From: Podarcis melisellensis
Lineage: Eukaryota
Strand: one strand, 5' to 3'
Assembly: GCA_964234715.1 (NCBI GenBank)
Contig: OZ174276.1
DNA length: 64,000 nucleotides
Made by a program: the position numbers and the translations under genes. Positions 52,250 to 63,173 of the stretch are shown here, in pieces (positions within the stretch are counted from its first letter, which is position 1; the number at the start of each line of letters is the position of its first letter). A model generated the notes under the pieces. The model worked only from the letters and a program-made list of their open reading frames with translations, was not told the DNA's origin and did not search any database.

Positions 52250-52403
52250 CAGGGGAGCCCAAACTTTTTTCAAAGAGGGTCAGATATGATGAAGTGAGGC
52301 CAACCAGAGTTGTTCAGTTTTTTAAGGATTGAAGTTATTGAACTTTATTTTAGGATTTTACCCCAGAAGATAAACTGCCACAGGAGCCGGATTAAACCCC
52401 CTG
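52250..52403. mobile_element. hAT (Charlie-like) MITE
   Basis: CAGGGG...CCCCTG ends with perfect 8-bp TSD gcataggc. Confidence 0.8.
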
Positions 52404-52619
52404 GCATAGGCGCTAGGCTATATTTAGCTTTCCCGCAGCTATATAAGCTAAATTAAAAAGGCAACACACATGCAGACCACAGTGTAGCCCTTCACTAAAT
52501 AAGTGTCCTCGAGAGCATACCCCTCCCAAAATAAAACATTTCTGAGTGAAACAGCACTTGAGCTCAAATCATCCACAATCTGCAACCCATGTCGTGGTTC
52601 AAATTTGAATAAAACACGA

Positions 52620-52762
52620 GGCTGTTTAGCTCAGTCAGTAGAGCGTGAGAATTTTAATCCCAGGATTGTGGGTTCAAGCCCCACTTTGGGTGAAAGATTC
52701 CTGCATTGCAGGGGGCAGGACCTCATGGCCCCTTCCAACTCTACAATTCCATGATTCTATGA
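52620..52762 (+). mobile_element. tRNA-Lys-derived SINE with CR1-like tail (Squam2-like)
   Basis: TTAGCTCAGTCAGTAGAGCGTGAGA..TTAATCCCAGGATTGTGGGTTCAAGCCCCAC head plus CCTTCCAACTCTACAATTCCATGATTCTATG tail. Confidence 0.75.
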
Positions 52763-52913
52763 ACCGATACTTAAAAGACCGTTTAGGCAAAAGATATCCA
52801 AATGTTGAAATATTTCAAATCATGTCAGAAATAAACAATTTAAAACACAAATACAAGCTCACACCTCCATCTCCACCTTCGATTTTGGTAGTTCCATTAT
52901 GTCACCTCATATA

Positions 52914-53103
52914 CAGTGGTACCTCAGGTTAAGTACTTAATTTGTTCCTGAGGTCCGTACTTAAGCTGAAACTGTTCTTAACCTGAAGCACCACTTTAGC
53001 TAATGGGGCCTCCAGCTGCTGTCGCACCACCGGAGCCCGATTTCTGTTCTTATCCTGAAGCAAAGTTCTTAACCTGAAGCGTATGTAACCTGAGGTACCA
53101 CTG
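52914..53103. mobile_element. Tigger-like MITE, family A
   Basis: TA|CAGTGGTACCTCAGGTTA...TAACCTGAGGTACCACTG|TA. Confidence 0.85.
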
Positions 53104-53431
53104 TATAGCACAATTACGAGCTTTCTGCTGTTAACTTGCATCATGACTCACTTGATGGGTCCCTCAGATTGATGAATGACTATTGCCTAATGTTGTACAC
53201 CTCAGCCCTGTGAGGTGACTAAACTTATCAATTAGGGTAGGGTGGGAGAAGATGAAATGGATGGAGCAGCAGCAGAAAGAGGACAAACCCTCCAAGAAAT
53301 CAGTTCAGGCAGTTGGTAGGATTGAAAAGTTCCTCCCTCAGCGGCTTGCTAGACAGGATGGAAAGGAGAGGGATGGATGGATCTACTTTTTGGTTCTGGC
53401 CCTGCCCAGTGCTGGCCTGCAGCCTCTGATC

Positions 53432-53451
53432 TCTCTCTCTCATACACATAC

Positions 53452-53487
<36 letters not shown>
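53432..53487. repeat. (CT)n/(CA)n microsatellite
   Basis: ctctctctc followed by cataca/caca run. Confidence 0.9.
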
Positions 53488-53545
53488 TGCAGAAAAAGGT
53501 TCTCTAATCCTGCTTTACTGCACCATTTACCAAGATTAAACTTAC

Positions 53546-53674
53546 ATGCATAAATTTCATAGCCACCAGTTTGAATCCCTTCTGTTCAAATCGCTTGATG
53601 ATTTCACCTATGATTCCCCGCTGGACTCCATCAGGCTTGATGGCAATGAATGTGCGCTCTGTGTTGGAAGCCAT
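53546..53674 (-). CDS. NME2: NME2 coding exon 1 (exon starts 53681, ATG 53674)
   Basis: [43 protein letters not shown]; total CDS 462 nt = 153 aa NDP kinase. Confidence 0.95.
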
Positions 53675-54479
53675 TATCTCACTGCAAAAGAAACGCTAAG
53701 AGAAGTGAGTAGGATTGGAATTATACCCACAAACCACCACAGAAGATGAACTTATAGAGGGAAGGAGTGCAATCAAGATAAGTAAGATTTTACAGCAGGA
53801 CCAATGCCACAGAAGAACCTAGAACAGGTTACCCTAACCTATTGCCATCTAGTCGTCCTTGGACAGCAAATCCCATCATCCCTGACTGGTGGCTATGCTC
53901 ACTGGGGCCGATGGAAGTTTGAGCCAAACATCTTGAGGGCATCAGGTTGAGAAACACATGTGAAAAAATGCACAAGGTACTTCCTGTTCGTCAAGGTGAC
54001 CGCTGTTCAACATTAAGAGGTCAACTCACCAACAGTAAAACAGGGCTAATGAATTATTATTATTTTGAATTTCTTGTAGAAATGTTAAGTTAGCTTTTAA
54101 AGGACAAGCTGTGTGATAAATTGTCTCCCTTGAACTGGTATACCATTAACTCTATGAGAAAGTGGCAACAGCAGTTGGCAGCCTCCAATGTCATTCCTTC
54201 TTTGCTCTTACGACTTTTGAGATCTGCCATCTTAGGAGCACACCAAGTCCTGTGATTTATTAAGAATCCTTTCAGTAACAATATAGTTTTCATCTTCAAG
54301 TTGGGAATGCATGAAAATCTTACTTTAAAGAGCAACCCAATGCATTCGAACAGGACACAAAAGCAACCAGGGAACAGACTGGGTGCTCTTTGTTTCATTT
54401 TTAAAAATATCTGCAGCATCACCAAATAGATAATAAGGAATCGTATTCAGGGCCATAGCTAGGGGGTGGTAAGGTGGGG

Positions 54480-55620
54480 TCCTGCCAGGGACGCAAGCGG
54501 GGGGGCGCGAAAAATCGGCTAAAAAATATGTCTATGATCACATGGCATGGCGTATTTGAATGGCAATGCCCATGAACTGCGGGGAGGAGGGCTGTCCCCC
54601 TCAAATATTTTAAGGGACGGGAGCAAAGGTACCTCGGCCCCTAGGAGTTGGCTCCTATGTTATACGATATAATGGAGGTCGGATTTCATGGGGGGGGTGT
54701 TTTGGCAGGCTTTGGGGCTTCCTCCCCGCCCTGTTGCAATTCTACACCCCTCCCCCCCCCCCAAGCAACGGGGCAGGCACCATTCGACTGCACGTGGGCA
54801 AGCCTTCCTCCACCATCCGTCCACGTGTCGCGGAAGAGCCCTTTGTTACCCTCCCCTCGGGCGGCGTCTATTTGGGCCTCTCCGCCCTGGGGCTGCAATC
54901 CTACACCCATTTACCCGGGAGTAAGCCCCACTTAATCCAACGGGACTGACTTCCGAGTAGACAGGCACAGGCATGTGCTCTGCGGCGGCAGGGCTGCCGC
55001 CTTCTTCTTCTCGCCTCGGCCGCCTCAAGTTACAGAGGCCCCCGAGGGGAGGCGAGGAGAGGTGGCTGCGCCTCACAGGCGGCTGCAAAATGCGCTCTTT
55101 TTTTTGCAAAAGGCACCCCCCCAGCCGCCATTTCCTCTTTAGCCGGCTCCAGCTGCATTTCTTCCTCCTCTTTTTTTTTTTGCCCCAGAACCTCGTTTTG
55201 GTTTTTTCCTCCAAGAAGAAAGACTAAAGAAAAGGGTGGGTGGTGGGAATAAAGCTCACCTCAGCTGCAAGGAGTCTGGTCGGGCCCGGAGAGCGTGTCT
55301 GCAGCTGCCGTCTCCCTGCAAATCTCCAGGGGAAGAGGCGGAGCAAGGCCGGGCCGGCGCCGGAGACAAGCCGGGAGGGGAGCAAAGGAGGCGGGCTTGG
55401 TCGTGGGCTGCCTCCTCCTCCTCCTACTCCGCGGAGGTCCCTCGCCGCCGCTTTGGTTTTTGCAATCTGAGCAGATGGTGGTTCCCCGCCTCGCCCCAGG
55501 ATCCCGAGTTGGAGGGGGAAAACATGCCAGCAGCATTTCTGTGTTTTCTCCACTCCAGTCAGTGGAGGAAACAGTCTGAACAATATACAGCACAAAGCAA
55601 CCCGGAGATTGCTTATCCTC
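54480..55620. promoter_or_regulatory. CpG island / NME2 promoter and first intron
   Basis: Very high GC and CpG density; GC-box-like motifs, two CACGTG E-boxes, YY1-type GCCGCCATTT at 55124. Confidence 0.85.
55260..55340 (-). other. NME2: NME2 putative non-coding first exon
   Basis: Strong donor CTGAG|gtgagc at 55260/55259 inside the CpG island; pyrimidine-rich candidate start CTCTTCCCC at ~55337; 5' boundary is a guess. Confidence 0.6.
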
Positions 55621-56403
55621 AGAACTCGTTGAAATGAATGGACCCGAGTTATATAGGGTACCCCTAATCTTGTCCGCTACTTAGAAGTAAGTCCTATAGA
55701 ATTCAGTGGGACTTGCTCCCAGGGAAATGGGGATGGGGTTGCAGCCTCAGTCACGTTCGTAGGTGACAAAAGCCAGGGATTTTAATCTGCATGGGGCCAG
55801 GGGGCTGATGGGAGCGGATAGGGATTTTGACAGGTGGGTGCTCCTGCTCACCTGTCAGATTTGGCCTGTGAGGCAGATCCTGATAAAAATCTGGCCCGTG
55901 GATCCTAAAAGGTTCTCCACCTGCTCTAGCTACGGAGAGCCCATCAGTACAAGCCTGCCTCTCTGATGCAGAGGGGAAGCTGATAAAATCAGATAAAACA
56001 TGCTTTGTAGCAGACTGTCTGGGATTCCCATTTTTTAAACAACGCAACTTAAAGTCCTCTGCCTTTTTGCCAAGAACGTGTAAACTGTGCTATGATGTGC
56101 TTTGATTTTTCCACCAAGCCCAAGCATGTAACTTTGCTTTCCACAGTATCACAGGCTTCTCAGTGTAATAATTTCATGAGGTATTTTTGCTCCCATTAAC
56201 ATGTTGCAGCCTTTAACCACTTCCTCCAATCACTCCTCAAATTGACTTATTTACAAAGGAGATCCATTACTTCTCCTGCTAATAGTTAAAGGAACCCACG
56301 CATCCCCAAATAGATCAGGCCCTCAGGACAGAAGTTATTTTTCACAATTTCCTTGCTGAAAATCTCTTCCCCTCCTCCTGCAAAAGATGCTATTAACACC
56401 AGT

Positions 56404-56571
56404 CAGTGGCGTAGCGTGGGGGGTGCAGGGGGGGCGGCCGCACCGGGCGCAACATCTGGGGGTTAGGGTTAGGGTGCGCAAATCCATGGGTTAGGGGGCG
56501 CAAATCCATGGGTTAGGGGGCGCAAATTACTTGTCTTGCCCCGGGTGCTGACAACCCACGCTACGCCACTG
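56404..56571. mobile_element. hAT (Tip100-like) MITE carrying TTAGGG motifs
   Basis: TIR CAGTGGCGTAGCGTGGG / CCCACGCTACGCCACTG; perfect 8-bp TSD acaccagt. Confidence 0.9.
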
Positions 56572-57499
56572 ACACCAGTTGAGGCAGGAACATGTAATGA
56601 GGATACCCATCCCCCACCACCAATACTAATACCAGCTTCATGGATGTAATTTCTAGTGGGGAAACTGGGCAGGCGAAAGTGTTAGCACCCTTTCTTGCAG
56701 TGCTGTAGCCTGGGTCCAGTTCAGGTGGATCTTCAGCTGCTTTTAAGTCTTGTGGAGAAAATAAACAATCATATGTATTTGATCATCAAACATGCTAAAC
56801 TGGGGTTTGCACTGTGGAAAGGAACATAGTTTTGGGGAGGACTGCTCAGGATTTCATGTGCTGAAGATCCCAGGTTGAAACCCAGCATTTCCATTTAAAA
56901 GGAGCAGCTGGCAGATCATGGAGGAGACCTCTGTCAATACTTTGGGGAGCCACTACCAGTCAGAGGAGACACTACTGGAATGACCTGGTGTAAGGCGATT
57001 TCTTATGATCAGAGTTGAGAAATTATAATTCATGATCTGAGCTTTCAAACGTACAAGCCAATCATGCTGAAGAGCAGCCTGTCTGCTTTCTTAACTGTGA
57101 TACATAGCATGAATTACGTTTTTATAGCTCATGTAATCAGGATAAGGAAACATGTACGCAGATGTAATGAAGCTCAACAGAATTAAGAAGCAATACTGTA
57201 CAATGCCCTCCTTTCCAACAACAAACAGAGTAATAGAAATGAGTGACAGGAGGCACAACTTAGTGAATGTCCCTCGTATTAATCGCCTTTTCTCATAATG
57301 CATTTCATAAGCATCTATACTAATCTTGCCTTAAAATGGCCTATGAGCAGAGTTAGAATTAGAGGGGATAAAAGAGTTTAATAACCATCTGTATAAAGCT
57401 TTATTTTCAAAGTGATACCGCAACCCATGTGTATCCACTAGAAGCAAAACCAACATTTAAAATTTGCCAATATTTGTTACAATTAAGTTTTATCCAGTG

Positions 57500-59031
57500 C
57501 CACTATTGAGGATGTGTTGTGGGAACACTGTCAACTTATGCAATCTGCTGATGTGGGCAAGGTGCTGGCAGCAGTACATCTGACCACATGTCCCCTTGAC
57601 CCCTGTCCCTCCTGGCTTACTAATTCTAGCAGAGGGCAGCTGACTGGTTGGGTCTAGAGTGTAGTTAACACTTCATTGTATGAGGGATGGTCCCTGCTGC
57701 CTTGAAAGGGGCAACTGCTAAAGTGTGGCAGCTCCTAAAGCAATTGACTCTGGACCCCTTAGGCTAGAGCAACTATCAGCTAGTTACAAATACCTGGTCA
57801 GGGGCCTGAGTCTCCCTGGGTCGCCCTGATGGATGACCTTTGCAGAGAGCAGGACACAGAGAGTGTGACCTTGCTTCTGCTTCTTGATCTCTTGTTCATT
57901 CACCATGGAATCCCTCTGGACTGGCTCTGGGGAATGGGAATTGGGACCACAGTATTCTAGTGGTTCCAATCCTGCTTTTGGGACAGAGTCCAGAGACTAG
58001 CATTGGGAAGGTGCTTTTCGGCTCCCTGGGCAGCTATGTTATGGGCTGCCACTTGACGTCCTCTTATTTCCAATGCTATTTACTATCTGCATGAAGCCAC
58101 TGGGAGCAGTCATTGGGAGTTTTAGGGCAGGGTCTGTTTCTCCATAACATAACTCAGCTCTATTTCTCTATAACAGCTGAATTAGGAGAGGCCATACAGG
58201 CTCTGGGCTGTTGCTTGGATGCAGTGGTGAGATGGATGAGGGAAAACAAGCTCAACTTGGACCCTGGCAAGATGGAGGCACTGTGGGTGAGTAACTCCCA
58301 TGTCTGAGAAATTGGGTCAGTTGCCTGCCCTGGGTGGATTGTACTCCCCCTGAAGGAAGAGGTTCGCAGTTTTGGGGAGCTTCTGAATCCAGTTCTGTCA
58401 CTTGAGGTTCAGGTAGCCTCAGTGCCTTTTACCAGCTGCAATTGGTACAGCAGCTACACCCATTCCTGGACCAGGAAAGCTTGGTCACAGTAGTCCAGGT
58501 ATTGGTTACTTCAAGGCTGGATTACTGTAATGTACTCTTGTGAGGCTTCCCTTGCACCTGATTTAGAAGTTGCAGTTAGTACAGAATGCTGCTGCACGAT
58601 TGCTGATAAGAGCCAGCACATAACACCTGTGTTCCGTGCCAATTTGCTACCGGGTCAGGTTCAAATTGTTAGTATATAAAGCCCTTAGCAACTTGGGACC
58701 AGTCTACATGCAAGATCACCTCATATGCCAATTCAACCACTTCAGTCTGTAGAACTGGCACTCAATATTTTAGTGTGGCAGCATCTACACTTTGGAACTC
58801 CCTGCCTATTGATATCAGACAAGCACATTCACTGTGCACTTTTGGCACCTACCCAGATATCTAGAATGTTGATGTGTGTTTTAATCTGTTTTTAGTTTAT
58901 TACTGGTTTTAATTTTTTGTATGTTTTAAATAATTGTTTTTACTGATAATTTCATTGCTTTATTCTTTTTGTAAACCATTTTGAGGGTTGTTGTTTTTTT
59001 ACAGTCAGGTGGTATATAAATTTTATGAAAT
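57500..59031 (+). mobile_element. L2 LINE, decayed 3' ~1.5 kb
   Basis: L2 RT motifs (TTCPLDPCPSW; VVRWMRENKLNLDPGKME; LVTSRLDYCN; KLQLVQNAAARL) and L2-type 3' end. Confidence 0.8.
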
Positions 59032-59251
59032 CTATCTATCAAATAGATTACATTCTATAAGTATTCAATATGCTGTGATTACACCATATTTAAATTACAC
59101 TGTAGTGTAATGATTTGCATTGCTGCATTCATGACCTGACATTTTAAGGTGAAACAGAAGAGCCACTCTGCTGATCCATTCAGGGAGTATGTTATTTATC
59201 ACTTGTGTAACATATTCAGTGGCAAATGGTTTGTATACAATAGCTTCTCAT

Positions 59252-59416
59252 AATAGTAGTAGTAGTAGTAGTAGTAGTAGTAATAATAATAATAATAATT
59301 TATTTATACCCCACCCATCTGGCTGGGTTTCCTCAGCCACTCTGGGCAGCTTCCAACAAAATATTAAAATACAATAGTCTGTTAAACATTAAAAGCTTCC
59401 CTAAACAGGGCTGTCC
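59252..59416 (-). mobile_element. L2-like 3' end with (AGT)n(AAT)n microsatellite tail
   Basis: Same family as 33942-34103; tail runs into AAT and AGT repeats. Confidence 0.7.
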
Positions 59417-59749
59417 TAAACAGCCCTTCTCATCTTGCAAACTCATAAATATGAACAACCTAAAGTAATGGTTGACTCCATTGAGTACAGTAAATATAAT
59501 AAAATTAAGCATGTGCGTTTGATAACTGCTGAAGGAGAGCAAAAGTGTGTTCTCTTCTTCAACAGCCCCTCACCCCATTTACTTTTCTAATGAATAAAAG
59601 TATATTCCAGTTTAGTTAAAACCTTCAGTCAGCACAACAAATACAATTAACATTTATAAATCACACAGGGCATTTGGGGAAACAATTTTAGAGGATATTG
59701 GAGGTAGGAACTGTTTCCAGATAAACATAACAAAGGAATACACAAGTTT

Positions 59750-59867
59750 TTAATCATAGATCCATGGGTGCTCACAGCTTGTGTAGTCGACAATTTCTTC
59801 TGGTGTGAACCATAGGTTGATTTCAATCTCAGCATTTTCTACAGAGTCACTGCCATGAATTATATTT
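59750..59867 (-). CDS. NME1: NME1 last coding exon
   Basis: [42 protein letters not shown]; tttcag| acceptor; upstream tandem position and DYTSC/WIY are NME1-like. Confidence 0.88.
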
Positions 59868-60528
59868 CTGAAAGGGCAATAAAGTTGAAAAGAATTTGAT
59901 CATTATGGTAATCAAACAGAAAAACATAGAAATAATAGTTTTATTGGCTGTTATGTATTGACAAATGGACAATAACCCCTCCCCACATATTAATATACTC
60001 CATATGCTGCAACAGAGAAATGTCGTTGCTGGATGTAACGTGAAACCCTTGTGTTTCAGTAATTGTTTGCTACTATAACAAGCTATTTCTTTTCCACTCC
60101 TTTGCACCCTCCTTAGACAAAGTGTTTATTTCCTACAGGGCATATTAAACTGTGTGCAAAGTTTCCAAGTCTTAAATGTAAACCACAGTCCAAAGTTTTT
60201 ATAATGCTACTTGTTAGACAAGCCTATGGTGCTCAAAGGGGAAAACAATATCGCACAATGTATTCTTTGTAAAGGAACTCTGAGGTGCTACAACAGCAGT
60301 GTTTGATGTTTTTAGCAGGCCAGCCTCTCTCCATAACCAAGGCCATCACATGCAGTAGCATAAGGAAATGTGGCAGGAGGAACTATGGAAAATACAGGCA
60401 CTGAGATAATGAAAAAGGCAAAAGCAGGGCTTGTTAGGCTTGCTGTAATGTTGGGGAGCTACTATGAGAAGCACCAGCTGTTCAGGTCATAACTATTAAT
60501 TTACACTCCAAATGTCTTTTTAAAAATA

Positions 60529-60778
60529 CAGTCATACCTTGGAAGTCAAATGGAATCCGTTCCAGAAGTCTGTTTGGCTTCCAAAACGTTTCGAAACCAA
60601 AGTGCGGCTTCTGATTGGCTGCAGGAAGCTCCTGCAGCCAATCAGAAGCCATGGAAGCCCCATTGGATGTTCAGCTTCCAAAAATAGTTCACGAACTGGA
60701 ACAGTCACTTCTGGGTTTGCAGTGTTTGGGAGCCAAAATGTTTGAGAACTAAGCTATTCGAAAACCAAGGTACGACTG
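60529..60778. mobile_element. Tigger-like MITE, family B
   Basis: TA|CAGTCATACCTTGG...CCAAGGTACGACTG|TA; internal palindrome GCTTCTGATTGGCTGCAGGA/TCCTGCAGCCAATCAGAAGC. Confidence 0.82.
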
Positions 60779-60792
60779 TAGTAGTAGTAGTA

Positions 60793-61204
60793 CCATAATT
60801 TTCCATGTATAACATGCCACCGTGTATAAGACGCCCCCTATTTTGGGGGACAGAATTAATAAAATGGGGGGATTTGCACAGAGTTGTTGAGCATTTTGGG
60901 GGGAGGATTGCCCAGGGTTGTTTTTTGGGGGGAGAGGATTGCTCACTTAGCCCCCTAAACAACACTTCCAGAAGCCAACAAACGTCTGACCGCTCGCCCC
61001 CAGAGGCTGCCTATCGCCCACTCAATCAATAAAAGCCCTTGATGCAGACACTTATCACGCGCACTACCGCCACTGACAATCTCCTGCTCGTGGCAGCAAC
61101 CAGTCCCCCGTCCCCCCTCTCTACTACCCATGTATAAGATGACCCCTATTTTTATACATTACTTCATTGAAAAAAATCCTTGTCTAATACACAGAAAAGT
61201 AAGG
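60793..61204. mobile_element. Older Tc2-like MITE
   Basis: TA|CCATAATTTTCCATGTATAA ... TAATACACAGAAAAGTAAGG|TA; internal GTATAAGA(C/T)G repeats. Confidence 0.55.
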
Positions 61205-61467
61205 TAAAGCTAAAGGGACCCCTGACCATTAGGTCCAGTCGTGACCGACTCTGGGGTTGCGGCGCTCATCTCGCTTTATTGGCCGAGGGAGCATGACTAA
61301 GCCGCTTCTGGCGAACCAGAGCAGCGCACAGAAATGCCGTTTACCTTCCGGCTAGAGCAGTACCTATTTATCTATTTGCACTTTGACGTGCTTTCGAACT
61401 GCTAGGTTGGCAGGAGCAGGGACGGGAGCTCACCCCGTTGTGGGGACTCGAACTGCTGACCTTCTGA
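61203..61467 (-). mobile_element. Sauria SINE, truncated with internal deletions
   Basis: Reverse complement of the 9784-10137 family. Confidence 0.88.
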
Positions 61468-61477
61468 GTACTGTACA

Positions 61478-61478
<1 letters not shown>

Positions 61479-61512
<34 letters not shown>
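61479..61512. repeat. (AAT)n microsatellite
   Basis: About 11 AAT units. Confidence 0.9.
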
Positions 61513-61513
<1 letters not shown>

Positions 61514-61599
61514 CACAGATATAATATTTGTATCCTAACTGCATGTATACTAGAACTAGTTAGCAATTCCATTTTGTAAGACGACAATTTGGAATTTAC

Positions 61600-61712
61600 C
61601 TGCCAACTTGCACACAGAAGTCACCGCGAATTGTGCCAGGTTTGGAATCTGCAGGATTAGTTTCTCCCAGCATTACTCTTCCGGTCTTAACTACATTGAG
61701 GCCTTCCCATAC
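61600..61712 (-). CDS. NME1: NME1 penultimate coding exon (earlier exons lie beyond the window)
   Basis: [37 protein letters not shown]; ttgaag| and AG|gtaaat; 113 nt. Confidence 0.9.
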
Positions 61713-62317
61713 CTTCAACAACCAAAGAACTGAGATTAAAACGATTGTTGCAGTAAAAGAGTAAAAGTCAGTATATCACAATATTCTCACCAACTCCACC
61801 ACCGTGTGAATAAGACAGCAGTGTGCAAATGGCCTCTCGGAATTTACCCCATCAGTGGACAGAGGAAAAAGCAGGGGACCATTTCACAAAATTCTTCCGA
61901 GGGGAGGGGGAGAAATTATCCAACATTTGCTTAAGGGTGTGGCTTCCCACTAGCAGTGGAATTTAGCACAGTTTAAATATTTTAACCTAAATCTTTTTTA
62001 AAATCTTTTTTTCTGGGTTGGTAGCCTGGTCACAATTTTACACCCTCCATGATTCCTTAGATTATCTATCCATAGTTCTGGGACATTGTGAAACAAACAA
62101 AAGGCTGCCATTATAAAATGCTTGAGGAAATTTGGGGAAATGGTATTAAGTGGCCTTCTTCTAGGGTGAGAAAAAGGAACAAACTCAGAAGATTTATCAG
62201 ACAATGTCTTATGAGAAATTTTGACTCAGCTTTAATTAATAGAATTTGGTTGTAACTAATTAAACTTTGAAGCTTTCCATGGGCCTGTATGGACTGTGAC
62301 CAGAACCAAGTACAGTA

Positions 62318-62559
62318 CAGTGGTACCTCAGGTTAAGTACTTAATTCATTCCAGAGGTCTGTTCTTAACCTGAAACTGTTCTTAACCTGAAGCACCACTT
62401 TAGCTAATGGGGCCTCCTGCTGCCGCCACACCTCCGGAGCACGATTTCTGTTCTTATCTTGAAGCAAAGTTCTTAAGCCGAGGTAATATTTCTGGGTAAG
62501 CGAAGTCTGTAACCTGAAGCATATGAAACCTGAAGTGTATGTAACCCGAGGTACCACTG
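62318..62559. mobile_element. Tigger-like MITE, family A
   Basis: TA|CAGTGGTACCTC...GAGGTACCACTG|TA. Confidence 0.85.
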
Positions 62560-62716
62560 TATAGCATTATGCCCATTTAAGCCCCACTGATTTTTATGGG
62601 ACTTAGATGACCAGAATGAATGTGTTGCTCACAGGAACATATGAAGCTGGCTCTTACTTAGCAAGACCACTGGTCCATCTGTTCCATCCAGTACAGTTTA
62701 CTCTGACTATGAGCTA

Positions 62717-63173
62717 CCGTATTTTTCGCACCATAGGGCGCACCGGACCATAGGGCGCACCCATTTTTTTGGGGGGGGGAAATAAAGGGGAAAAAATTCT
62801 TTCCCCCCCCCCCAGGCGCGGGGCTGGGGCGGGGGAAGCTCGAGCTTCCCCCGACCCCAGCCCGCAAACAGGCAGCTCTCTGCAAGCCGTGGGAGCACTC
62901 CCGCTGCTTGTGGAGAGGTCCGCGAAGCCTGGGCGCGCTGAGCTCAGCGCGCGCAGGCTTCGGCATGCTGGCAACTCTCCGCAAGGAGCCGGAGCGCTCC
63001 GGCTCCTTGCGGAGAGGTCCGCGAAGCCTGGAGAGCATGAGGGGTCGGTGCGCACCGACCCCTCTCACTCTCCAGGCTTCAGCGAAAGCCTACATTTGCA
63101 CCATAGGACGCACACACATTTCCCCTTCATTTTTGGAGGGGAAAAAGTGCGTCCTATGGTGCGAAAAATACGG
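62717..63173. mobile_element. Tc2-like MITE (same family as 48705, opposite orientation)
   Basis: TA|CCGTATTTTTCGCACCATAGG...CCTATGGTGCGAAAAATACGG|TA. Confidence 0.88.

Noticed and set aside
52620-52692. tRNA-Lys-like sequence
   Set aside because: Mismatched stems, altered anticodon arm and a CR1-type tail: a SINE head, not a functional tRNA
54648-55637. Cluster of ORFs on both strands
   Set aside because: Stop-poor CpG-island sequence of the NME2 promoter; low-complexity translations
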